From IMG/VR virus record IMGVR_UViG_3300037851_001353, positions 1-39,507 of that record: a stretch of DNA of 39,507 nucleotides; one strand, written 5' to 3'. The notes beneath the pieces were generated by a model that saw nothing but the letters and a program-made list of their open reading frames with translations, ran no database searches and was not told where the DNA came from. The position numbers and the translations under genes are program-made. Shown piece after piece: positions 1-7,944 of the stretch; the stretch's first letter is position 1; each line of letters starts with the position of its first letter. This DNA comes from a virus (lineage: Duplodnaviria > Caudoviricetes).

Positions 1-267
1 TACGCGAATTAGGTTTTCTTCAATATCTTCTGCATTATTATTTAGTCCGGCGCTTAGGGGTAGCGTATTGTCTAGCACGACGTGGAGGAGTTCGTGTAGG
101 AGCGTTTCCCGGAGCATTTCGTCGGGGATGCGGGAGTCATTGGTTATAGATATGTGGGCGTGATCGCGTTCGGTTAGTCCCATTTCATCAATCAATTTAT
201 GTTCCGGGTCTATGGTCCAGTGCATGCTGTAATATTTGAAAGACCGGGGCATAGAAGGTTTTTTCAT
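1..267 (-). CDS. Partial HExxH metallopeptidase-like phage protein (ImmA/IrrE-like), runs off window edge
   Basis: Not in ORF track. Hand translation from ATG at 267: MKKPSMPRSFKYYSMHW...EMLRETLLHELLHVVLDN...EENLIRV, with no stop before position 1. GAGGA SD upstream. Confidence 0.75.
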   Translation of the reverse strand, partial: MKKPSMPRSFKYYSMHWTIDPEHKLIDEMGLTERDHAHISITNDSRIPDEMLRETLLHELLHVVLDNTLPLSAGLNNNAEDIEENLIRV

Positions 268-293
268 ATTATCCTCGGATAGAGTATCTTTAT

Positions 294-321
294 ATCTTAG
301 CATCAAAGTGGATTATGTCAA
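294..321 (-). promoter_or_regulatory. Sigma-70-like leftward promoter
   Basis: TTGACA (321-316), 16 nt spacer, TAAGAT (299-294), directly upstream of the ORF starting at 267. Confidence 0.6.
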
Positions 322-373
322 GTGCTGGGCTCCTTAACATATGAAAAATAGCTCTTTTTAGCTAAGGGTCTTA

Positions 374-1293
374 TAAGTTTTTGATATTATTGAGCTTAGC
401 TAAGGGGGAGGTGCTCTGTCAAGCAGGAAAATCAGGTACTTACGTGGCACGCGAAGGGGAGTATGAAAAGTATTTTGAGAAATGGCTGTGGGCTGATATA
501 CCCTCCACCTTTATTCTGTTTTTCTTGCATAGGGGGGCATTTTGAGGGGGGATACTAGAATCATTTCAAGTACTTACAGAGGACGCGCTCTAAGCTCACC
601 AAGCTAGCAAGTCTGTAAGCTTGCAAGCTCTCTCCGTCGCGGTGGGAAGACTTGGGGACGGCTGGCTAGTTTTGTAGGCGATTATTGTTCTTGGCATAGG
701 GTGGGGGATGTGAGGAACTGACTACGGTCGTGCTGTAAGTGCCTGAAATTACAGCTTTTCGCATACAATGATTTTAAATACTTACCTCAATTTTAATAAT
801 GTGGATTATTATAAACGTATATTTATTAATTTTTAGTGGGACTTATATTATATTGATTTTATTAGATTTAATTTATTAATTACATGAATTTTTACTAAAA
901 TTTTTTACTTTTATTGTGTATTTACTTGTACATACATCCGTAAACAGAGCTAAGCAGTGCCTGGCACCACTATATATGCAATAAAGCCGGGCGCCGTCGC
1001 GGTATTAGCATATGATGCTGTAAACAGTCGCGCCGGCAGGGCATTGTCTAAGTACTTGAAATTATTAGGAAACCGTACAAATATCCTTTCCTTTTTACTT
1101 AAGGTTATAATTATTACTTTAAATTTAATCTAATAACTATGATTTTTTTGTAGTTAGTAGCAAGAATATTGAGAGTATTTTTAATTTTATGTAATTATTA
1201 TGTAATTACTTGTCATGCCCCCATTTTTTGTGACAGTAAAGAGATTGACTTGAAGGTGCTTGGCACCGGTCGTCTAATAAAATCAAGTACTTA
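374..1293. promoter_or_regulatory. Cluster of IHF-consensus sites (WATCAANNNNTTR and near matches)
   Basis: Exact matches at 374-386(-) and 1281-1293(+). Near matches at 430-442(+), 564-576(+), 736-748(-) and 1049-1061(-). Confidence 0.6.
393..422 (-). promoter_or_regulatory. Second sigma-70-like leftward promoter
   Basis: TTGACA (422-417), 18 nt spacer, TAAGCT (398-393). Confidence 0.4.
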
Positions 1294-1362
1294 AAGCTTG
1301 CCGGCTTTAGTATTCCATTTTGGGTGTATAATTGAATTATATAAACGAGCAAGGGGTTTTGT

Positions 1363-1512
1363 ATGAAGATTCCTTATGAAGTTAGATTAGTTCTTTTTAC
1401 TTTTATTGTTGTTATTGCAACACTTCAGTGGATTGAATTCACTTATGGAGATAATGTTAAGGAAAGCAGTATCTTTGATCAATATGTAACAATTGGCAAA
1501 GATAGTTTATAG
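1363..1512 (+). CDS. Small membrane protein (49 aa)
   Basis: Hand translation MKIPYEVRLVLFTFIVVIATLQWIEF...; AAGGGG SD; first gene of the + arm. Confidence 0.6.
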   Translation: MKIPYEVRLVLFTFIVVIATLQWIEFTYGDNVKESSIFDQYVTIGKDSL

Positions 1513-1520
1513 GAGTAATT

Positions 1521-1835
1521 ATGAGAATGTGGATGGTTGATCCAAAGTTTTTGTGTAGAAAACATCTTTTAGGGGAACATGGAGAGATACATAAACATAG
1601 ACATAATTTTGTTAAGAAACATAGAATGGCGGGACGTTTAGGGCAAATTGAGCCCATATCTATGCAACGAAGACATGATGAACTTGCATTAGAATTACTT
1701 AAAAGAGGATATAATCACAATTCTCCGTTTGAGCAGCCTGACGTAAGTTATTTACCAGAAATGTTCGTAGATATTGAGGCTTCTATACAAGATTTAAAAG
1801 ATAGATGTGAGGAATGTCGTAAATTATTAGCATAA
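1521..1835 (+). CDS. denV: Pyrimidine dimer DNA glycosylase / T4 endonuclease V-like protein
   Basis: N-terminus MRMWMVDPKFLCRKHLLGEHGEIH and RHDELALELLKRGYNH resemble the Pyr_excise family; AGGAG SD. Confidence 0.8.
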   Translation: MRMWMVDPKFLCRKHLLGEHGEIHKHRHNFVKKHRMAGRLGQIEPISMQRRHDELALELLKRGYNHNSPFEQPDVSYLPEMFVDIEASIQDLKDRCEECRKLLA

Positions 1836-1861
1836 AATACGGATGTTTATATGGAGGTTAT

Positions 1862-2473
1862 GTGGACTTTTTATTACATATAATAAGTGCTTTAGGTATG
1901 TTTTTTATTTCTATATTTGTTATATATGGTGTGGCTTATGGGATTTTATTAATTATAGCGGAGATTTTAAGTATGAGATTTTTTAGTTTATTAATTATAT
2001 CTTTAAGTTTCTTTAGCATATTTTATTATTTTATGTTTATGAATGCACGAGCTGGAGTCTTGCCTATGGATCGGGGAGCTAGTATGGAATCTGTAATTAG
2101 ATATTATTCTAAATTATGGGATTTTGATAATGCCGAATTAATTATAGCTTTAGCTAAGACGGAATCAACTATGAATCCAAAGGCTAAAAGGGTCGAAAAG
2201 GATGGGCATGTTTCTTATGGTTTATTGCAGGTAAAGTGCTCTACGGCGAAGTGGTTGGGTATGGGTAAGTCTGTTCCGTGTGAGATGCTCTATGATGTAG
2301 GAGTGAACATTTTATTTGCCACATTATATTTAAAGTATTTAGAAAAGAGATACGCGGGAGATTTGTTTAGTGTAGTAAGTGCTTATAATGCTGGAACGGC
2401 TAGGAAGAGGAAAGAGCAGTTTTTAAATCAGATTTATGTAGATAGAGTACAATTTCATTTAGCAAGTGAATAA
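1862..2473 (+). CDS. Membrane-anchored lytic transglycosylase (SLT domain)
   Basis: SLT motifs AKTES, GLLQV and AYNAG; hydrophobic N-terminal ~60 aa; GGAGG before GTG; alternative start at 1973. Confidence 0.85.
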   Translation: MDFLLHIISALGMFFISIFVIYGVAYGILLIIAEILSMRFFSLLIISLSFFSIFYYFMFMNARAGVLPMDRGASMESVIRYYSKLWDFDNAELIIALAKTESTMNPKAKRVEKDGHVSYGLLQVKCSTAKWLGMGKSVPCEMLYDVGVNILFATLYLKYLEKRYAGDLFSVVSAYNAGTARKRKEQFLNQIYVDRVQFHLASE

Positions 2474-2488
2474 TGGTATAATATATAA

Positions 2489-2986
2489 ATGGGGGTGTGT
2501 ATGAATTATAGAGATAGAATGGTTTTAAATGATGCGATTGAGCGGCACTTGGATCCGGAAGATGAGTGTAGATGTGGACAATGTCATTTGTCTTTTGTAG
2601 AGAAATATCAAGAAAAGATTATATGTACTAGTGAGCAACAAAGATATACATTTAAACATGATGGCGATTTAGATGATGGGGAAAATTTGGATTTTGAATA
2701 TCTTAGTTTTTCAGATGAGGATTTAGAAATTTTAAATAGAATACAAAACGAGAATAACTTAAGTGATGAAGAAATGGAACAGATTAATAATTTATTTGCA
2801 CCAATTATAAAGAAAAGGGATGAGCAGGAAAATAAGAAGAGTAAGCAGCAACTTGAGAAAGAGGATAGGGAATGGGCTCAGCTTGTTTGTTCGCATCCAA
2901 AAGATTCGGTTATAGTGAATGAGGCAGGGGGCGTGCGGTTTAAGGTTTGTAAGAAATGTAAGGCTGATTTGGGAGATGTAAAATGA
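2489..2986 (+). CDS. Hypothetical acidic protein with Cys motifs (possible Zn-binding)
   Basis: CRCGQC near the N-terminus and CSH...CKKC at the C-terminus; start may be 2501. Extended -10 TGgTATAAT at 2474-2482. Confidence 0.65.
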   Translation: MGVCMNYRDRMVLNDAIERHLDPEDECRCGQCHLSFVEKYQEKIICTSEQQRYTFKHDGDLDDGENLDFEYLSFSDEDLEILNRIQNENNLSDEEMEQINNLFAPIIKKRDEQENKKSKQQLEKEDREWAQLVCSHPKDSVIVNEAGGVRFKVCKKCKADLGDVK

Positions 2987-3153
2987 GATTTTTAATTTTA
3001 CTTTTATTTGTATCTTGTGCGTCCGGGTCTAGAAAGCCTAAGGTTACGGATTGTGATTTAAGGCATAATAAATCTAGCGTGGCTGCATGTAAGCAATGGT
3101 ATAAGTATAAGGAATATACTAGGTTGATTAATAGAAGAAGGGGAGATAGGTAA
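2983..3153 (+). CDS. Small lipoprotein (56 aa)
   Basis: Hand translation MRFLILLLFVSCASGSRKPK...; lipobox-like FVSC; ATGA overlap with previous gene. Confidence 0.7.
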   Translation: MRFLILLLFVSCASGSRKPKVTDCDLRHNKSSVAACKQWYKYKEYTRLINRRRGDR

Positions 3154-3350
3154 TGGATGTTATAGATAAGTTAATATTAGACTTAACTATGGAAGAAGAG
3201 TATTTGTTAGATGAATTAGGATATATAAAAAAACATATGCCGGGTTTAGTTTTTCATATAGAAAATAAGATTTTAGAAATTAATAAAAGAATAAAGGTTT
3301 TGCAAAAAATAAAAATTTATAAAGGAGTTAGCCATGATAGTATCGGATGA
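3153..3350 (+). CDS. Hypothetical protein
   Basis: TAATG coupling, GGGAG SD. Confidence 0.65.
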   Translation: MDVIDKLILDLTMEEEYLLDELGYIKKHMPGLVFHIENKILEINKRIKVLQKIKIYKGVSHDSIG

Positions 3351-3507
3351 ATTAGGAACTATTTTGTATCTTGTACAAATGATAACTTATGATGGAAGAT
3401 CGATTCTTAAAAGTTTTACTGAGCAAGAGTTTGATGTATTTTTGGATAGTACTGACTTGCAAAAGAAATTTAGGTCGGTAAAGATTAAACCAATACACTT
3501 GAGGTAA
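3334..3507 (+). CDS. Hypothetical protein (57 aa)
   Basis: Hand translation MIVSDELGTILYLVQMITYDG...; AAGGAG SD. Confidence 0.6.
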   Translation: MIVSDELGTILYLVQMITYDGRSILKSFTEQEFDVFLDSTDLQKKFRSVKIKPIHLR

Positions 3508-3510
3508 AAT

Positions 3511-3681
3511 ATGGTTTTTATTATAGCATACCCTGGTGTTTTACGGATTAATGACCAACTTGTTAATTATGGACGAGTTAAGCAGCTTACTATGCGGTTT
3601 GTTTATACTACAAGTGGGGCGGTTTTTCGAAAACATTTTATAGACCAGAAGTATGTAGTTTTGGTGCAGGAGCTAGTTTGA
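3511..3681 (+). CDS. Hypothetical protein (56 aa)
   Basis: Hand translation MVFIIAYPGVLRIND...; GAGGT SD; fills the gap between neighbours exactly. Confidence 0.55.
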   Translation: MVFIIAYPGVLRINDQLVNYGRVKQLTMRFVYTTSGAVFRKHFIDQKYVVLVQELV

Positions 3682-3682
3682 T

Positions 3683-4135
3683 ATGATTAGAATTATTAAT
3701 GTGATGTTATTAGTATTACTTATGATCGGGTGTGGTGAGCCGAATAATGGCGTAAACGGCTCAGATGGTAGAAATGGAAAAGATGGAAGGGATGGGCAGG
3801 ATGGGGAGTCTTGCGCCGTGATTAGTGTGAGTAATGGGGCTAGGATTCAGTGTCCGGATGGAAGTGAGACGGTGGTTTTGCATGGGACGAATGGTATTAA
3901 TGGCACGAATGCTTTGCCTAGTGCTTATACGGTAACGGAAATTATAGATCCTTGTGGTGATGATGCTGGGCACTTTGATGAGGTTATATTAAAGACTAGT
4001 AATGGAACGTTACTTGCGCATTATGTTCAAGGGAATAAACAATTTTTAGTTATTCTAAGTGCTGGAATTTATGAGACTACGGATTGGCAGAGATGTGAGT
4101 TTGAAGTAACGGTAGATGGAGATGTTATATGGTAG
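3683..4135 (+). CDS. Lipoprotein with short collagen-like Gly-X-Y repeats
   Basis: Signal and lipobox LMIGC; GVNGSDGRNGKDGRDGQDGES and GTNGINGTN triplets; Cys pairs. Confidence 0.8.
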   Translation: MIRIINVMLLVLLMIGCGEPNNGVNGSDGRNGKDGRDGQDGESCAVISVSNGARIQCPDGSETVVLHGTNGINGTNALPSAYTVTEIIDPCGDDAGHFDEVILKTSNGTLLAHYVQGNKQFLVILSAGIYETTDWQRCEFEVTVDGDVIW

Positions 4136-4230
4136 ATGAGAAAGCTTTAATTATATTACTTACAGTTATAGTTATATCTTTTACGGTTTTATGTATTTAT
4201 TTAGGGGATGTTTTAATATTTCTTCAATAA
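4129..4230 (+). CDS. 33-aa single-TM peptide
   Basis: Hand translation MVDEKALIILLTVIVISFTVLCIYLGDVLIFLQ; GGAG SD. Confidence 0.5.
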   Translation: MVDEKALIILLTVIVISFTVLCIYLGDVLIFLQ

Positions 4231-4256
4231 ATGCTGTTTTAAGGCGTTTTGTATTT

Positions 4257-4288
4257 AAGGGGGTAGCTTAGGCTGCCCCTTTGTGTTT
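4257..4288 (+). terminator. Intrinsic terminator ending the first + strand operon
   Basis: GGGGTAGC-TTAG-GCTGCCCC hairpin followed by TTTGTGTTT. Confidence 0.7.
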
Positions 4289-4361
4289 GGAGCTGTGCTA
4301 GCCTTGTTTTTGTTTGAAATAGGGGTATATGTAGTAAGATGTGGTATAGCTGGGAGGTGCT

Positions 4362-4377
4362 TGGCACTATTAATGCA
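4362..4377 (+). promoter_or_regulatory. Sigma-54 (-24/-12)-type promoter match
   Basis: TGGCAC-tatta-ATGCA, with GG and GC 10 nt apart as in the RpoN consensus. Confidence 0.45.
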
Positions 4378-4460
4378 TATATAGCAATATAAGTCAGGGT
4401 AGATGTTGCTGTCAGAATGTCAATAATTAGGCTACTGCCAGTATTATTTATTTTTTAAGG

Positions 4461-4685
4461 AAAAATCGCGCCGCCTTGGCGTGCCGCCTAAATAAAATGA
4501 CTATAGAAAATAGTATTAAAAATCGTGCCGCCATCGTGCCACCTTTTCAAATACTTAAAATAAAAGCGTTTTAACAAAATTCTAACAAAGCGGCACGAAT
4601 TAAATATATAAAAGAAATAATAATATATAATATATAGTGGTAGTTGGCAGAAAAAAACTGGCAGTAAATAGATAAGTATTTGATT
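4461..4685. repeat. Iteron-like repeats, IHF sites and AT-rich tract (putative replication origin)
   Basis: CG(T/C)GCC(G/A)CC at 4461-4475, 4480-4488, 4518-4532 and 4533-4543, inverted copy at 4590-4600; IHF-like sites 4545-4557 and 4673-4685; AT-rich 4601-4636. Confidence 0.6.
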
Positions 4686-4703
4686 TTATATTTTTTAATG
4701 TTT

Positions 4704-5123
4704 TTAACTTTTTAGCCATAAAAGTGGCAGAACCGATAATTCTACTTCAATTTCAAAATCCGGTCCGGGTTTTTTCTTAGCGTCTATGCTACAGACTATG
4801 GTGTCATCCATAACCATATAGTTAAAAATGGAATCTTGTAAAATTTTTAATAGACCATCTAGATCTTTGGATTGATGACTAACCTTGCCTGCTACGGTCA
4901 AAAGCTTTTTAGATGGTATTTTGAATATGTAGGAAGCATGTATATATTCTTCATTAATATTTATAGATTCTTTAAAATTTTTTATTTCTTGATCAAACGG
5001 AATTAATTGTTTTTTGCATTCTAGTTGCCATCGTCGTGCGGCTGTAGTTAAACGATGATCTCTTCCATACATTTGATTTACAGAAAAGCCTTCACAATTT
5101 AATTTTAATTTTAATATTTTCAT
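4704..5123 (-). CDS. rusA: RusA-family Holliday junction resolvase
   Basis: SVNQMY, DLDGLLKILQDSI and DDTIVCSIDAKK motifs. Confidence 0.8.
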   Translation of the reverse strand: MKILKLKLNCEGFSVNQMYGRDHRLTTAARRWQLECKKQLIPFDQEIKNFKESININEEYIHASYIFKIPSKKLLTVAGKVSHQSKDLDGLLKILQDSIFNYMVMDDTIVCSIDAKKKPGPDFEIEVELSVLPLLWLKS

Positions 5124-5151
5124 TTTTTAGTTTTTGTGATAAGTTTGTTAT

Positions 5152-7194
5152 ATGAAAAATTTAACGATCTATCCTTTAGTTTTTGATGCCAGCACTGCTG
5201 CGGGCGATGCTTATAAAACTAAACAAAAAATTGAAATAAGTACAATGGTAGAACTAGCTGTTTTACATAAAAAATGTACTGTTTCACCAGCAAATTTTAA
5301 AGGGGATAGAAGTTCTAAACATTTTGAATCTGCACATTTTGTGGGAATTGATATTGACGGTAATTGTTCTTTATCCGATGCTATAAGTGCTCTAAAAACG
5401 GCTAATTATCCCTATGCTATTATACCATCAAAAAGTAATAAAAGCGATAGCTTAACTAAATTTCATATTTTTATTCCATTAAATCAAGAAGTTACAAGTG
5501 GCTCTATTTATAGACAACTTATATTAAAAGCTAATTTAATATTTCCAGAAACTGATGAGTCTTGTATTGATGTTGCTAGATGGTTTTTTGCTGGAACCGG
5601 GCAAGGAGACATTTATGTAAGTGAAGAAGGTGTGCCTTTAGAAGTTAAAGATTATAAATTACCTTTATGGCAATATAATAATCCTAATAAACAAAAATAT
5701 TTTAATTTTCCATCTTTTAAAAAGTTTTTTGGTTTTGCACATACTGGTATGTCTGGTTCGTGGAATACAACTTTAAGAGATATGTGTTTAGCTTTAAGTT
5801 CTGAAGGCATAAACAAAGCAGAATTAGTGGACTTTGTTATGGCTTGCGCTCCTGGACCTTTAAGTCATGAAGATATGTCTGTAATTGATAGGTTTTATGA
5901 ATCTGGCGTAGTTAATTTTACGGCTAGGGTAGCAGGGAAAAAATTAGGGAAGAAAGCTCAATTATTATTAGATGCAAAACATGTTTTAGAAGAGCATCCA
6001 ATTAATGCTATTGTTGTGGCAGATATAGAATGTAATAATAAAATTTATGTATTTAATAATTTAAAAGAAATTAGTTTAAGAGATAAAGAATCCTTAAACC
6101 TTTATTTTAGATCTCATTTAAGAAAATTTAATGTTATAGATACATATGATATTACTACTCAGATTATTGATGATTGGGCTTTAGAACAAGACGTAATTAA
6201 TTATTCAGACATTAAGCATATAGCATTTAAAGAAGATGATTGCTATTGTTTTGCTAGATTAGATTTTGAACTTAAGGAAGGACCCATGCCTGTTTGGCAG
6301 GAGTTTTTATCTAGAATGACTAATTCGGATGCTTTTTGTGCCTTTCAATACGCAAAATTAGAAAATAATATTCATTTACAACAATCGATTTGGTTATATG
6401 GTAAAGGAAATGACGGTAAGTCTAGCACTACTTTATTTGACAAGCGCATTTTTAAAAATGCTTATGGACCTGCTACTGTGGATGGTCTAAAAGATTTATT
6501 TGCATATCAAACTTTGTACAATAAAAGAGTTATAGCTTTTAATGATACAAATCACACTTCTTTCATTAGATCCGGTGAATATAAGAAATTAAGTGGTGGG
6601 GATCCTATAAGTGTAAATCGAAAGTATGAAACGCCTTTTACCATTACTATGAATGCTTTAATTACATTTACTTCAAATTATTACCCAAATATTAGTTTAG
6701 AAAAGTCTGAACAAAGAAGAATTATTTTATGTGAAATGGTTCCTAGATTAAATTCTGAAACAGATATAAATTATGTTAATAAATTGTATCAAGAACGAGC
6801 CGCATTTTATGCTTATTGTAAAAAGAAATTTATTGAGTTGGGCGGTTATAATGGTGTTATATTAGATAATAAGGATAAAATACAAGAAATTGGCGAGGAT
6901 AGTATAGCGGAGCATGAAACTTTGTTTGAGGAATTATTTATTGAAGACAAAGATTCGTTTGTAACTAAAAAAGATTTGGTTAAGCAATTAATGCCTATAG
7001 CAATAAAAAATAAAGATTTTAAAAGATTGGCTTTTCAAAAATTTTTAGAAGACCATAAAGGATTTGTTTTAGAAAGACGTATTGCTAATGACTATGTACG
7101 AGCTTATTATGGATATAGATTAAGAAGTGAAGAAGATAGATTTGGAGATAATATAGCTAAAATGCCTAATAGAAAGGTTGTTATAGGAGAATAG
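5152..7194 (+). CDS. Primase-helicase (AEP/prim-pol N-terminus plus SF3/D5-like ATPase)
   Basis: GIDID and KFHIFIPL primase motifs; Walker A GKGNDGKS; SGGDPISVNRKYE, TSNYYP and RRII SF3 motifs. Confidence 0.88.
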   Translation: MKNLTIYPLVFDASTAAGDAYKTKQKIEISTMVELAVLHKKCTVSPANFKGDRSSKHFESAHFVGIDIDGNCSLSDAISALKTANYPYAIIPSKSNKSDSLTKFHIFIPLNQEVTSGSIYRQLILKANLIFPETDESCIDVARWFFAGTGQGDIYVSEEGVPLEVKDYKLPLWQYNNPNKQKYFNFPSFKKFFGFAHTGMSGSWNTTLRDMCLALSSEGINKAELVDFVMACAPGPLSHEDMSVIDRFYESGVVNFTARVAGKKLGKKAQLLLDAKHVLEEHPINAIVVADIECNNKIYVFNNLKEISLRDKESLNLYFRSHLRKFNVIDTYDITTQIIDDWALEQDVINYSDIKHIAFKEDDCYCFARLDFELKEGPMPVWQEFLSRMTNSDAFCAFQYAKLENNIHLQQSIWLYGKGNDGKSSTTLFDKRIFKNAYGPATVDGLKDLFAYQTLYNKRVIAFNDTNHTSFIRSGEYKKLSGGDPISVNRKYETPFTITMNALITFTSNYYPNISLEKSEQRRIILCEMVPRLNSETDINYVNKLYQERAAFYAYCKKKFIELGGYNGVILDNKDKIQEIGEDSIAEHETLFEELFIEDKDSFVTKKDLVKQLMPIAIKNKDFKRLAFQKFLEDHKGFVLERRIANDYVRAYYGYRLRSEEDRFGDNIAKMPNRKVVIGE

Positions 7195-7944
7195 ATGATT
7201 ATAAAAGATTTAAAAAATAATGAATACCATTCAAATAAAGATTATTTAAGTAGTAGTGATTTAAAATTACTTTTGCAAGACCCCCTAGTTTTTTATAGTA
7301 AACATTATGAGGGCGTGTCTATAGAATACGGAAATAAACTTGCAATGGAGTTAGGATCTTATATACACGCACTTCTTTTAGAGCCGGAAATAGTAGACCA
7401 GGAATTTATTGTTTTTGATGGAAAAAGACAGGGTAAAAGGTATGATGAATTTAAGGAACAACATAAAGAAAAGATTATTATTGGCGAGTTATCGGCGTCT
7501 ACTGCACATGATATCGTTTCTACAGTTAGATTACATGAACTCTTTAGTAAATACTTGGTCGGTGGAAGCCCGGAAATATCTTTAATGTCTGAATTAAATG
7601 GCGTTCCTATTAAAGTTAGAGCAGATTATTTAATAGGTAATACTATTGTAGATATTAAAACTAGTAGTAAACCTGTTGATTTTGCAAATTTTAAGCAGAC
7701 GATAGAAAATTATAAATATGATCTTTCGGCTGCTTTGTATGTGGATGCTTTTACTAAATTTACTGGGCAGCCCCATGAATTTGTATTTATAGCTATATGT
7801 AAAAATCCAGTTAGTGTTATGTTTTATAAAGCTTCAAAAAATACTTTAGAAAATGGTAGAATATTATACAAAAAGGCTTTAGATTTATATAAAGAATGTA
7901 AAGACAAGAACGAGTGGAGTAAGCCTTTGATAGAGGAAATATGA
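7195..7944 (+). CDS. RecE/exonuclease VIII-like PD-(D/E)XK nuclease (DUF3799-like)
   Basis: YH...LSSSDLK, GSYIHALLLEP, KVRADYL...VDIKT and YDLSAALY. Confidence 0.85.
   Translation: MIIKDLKNNEYHSNKDYLSSSDLKLLLQDPLVFYSKHYEGVSIEYGNKLAMELGSYIHALLLEPEIVDQEFIVFDGKRQGKRYDEFKEQHKEKIIIGELSASTAHDIVSTVRLHELFSKYLVGGSPEISLMSELNGVPIKVRADYLIGNTIVDIKTSSKPVDFANFKQTIENYKYDLSAALYVDAFTKFTGQPHEFVFIAICKNPVSVMFYKASKNTLENGRILYKKALDLYKECKDKNEWSKPLIEEI

Noticed and set aside
962-1276. Sigma-54 promoters at TGGCAC 962 and 1261
   Set aside because: The -12 GC is absent or misplaced; kept only as the palindromic motif.
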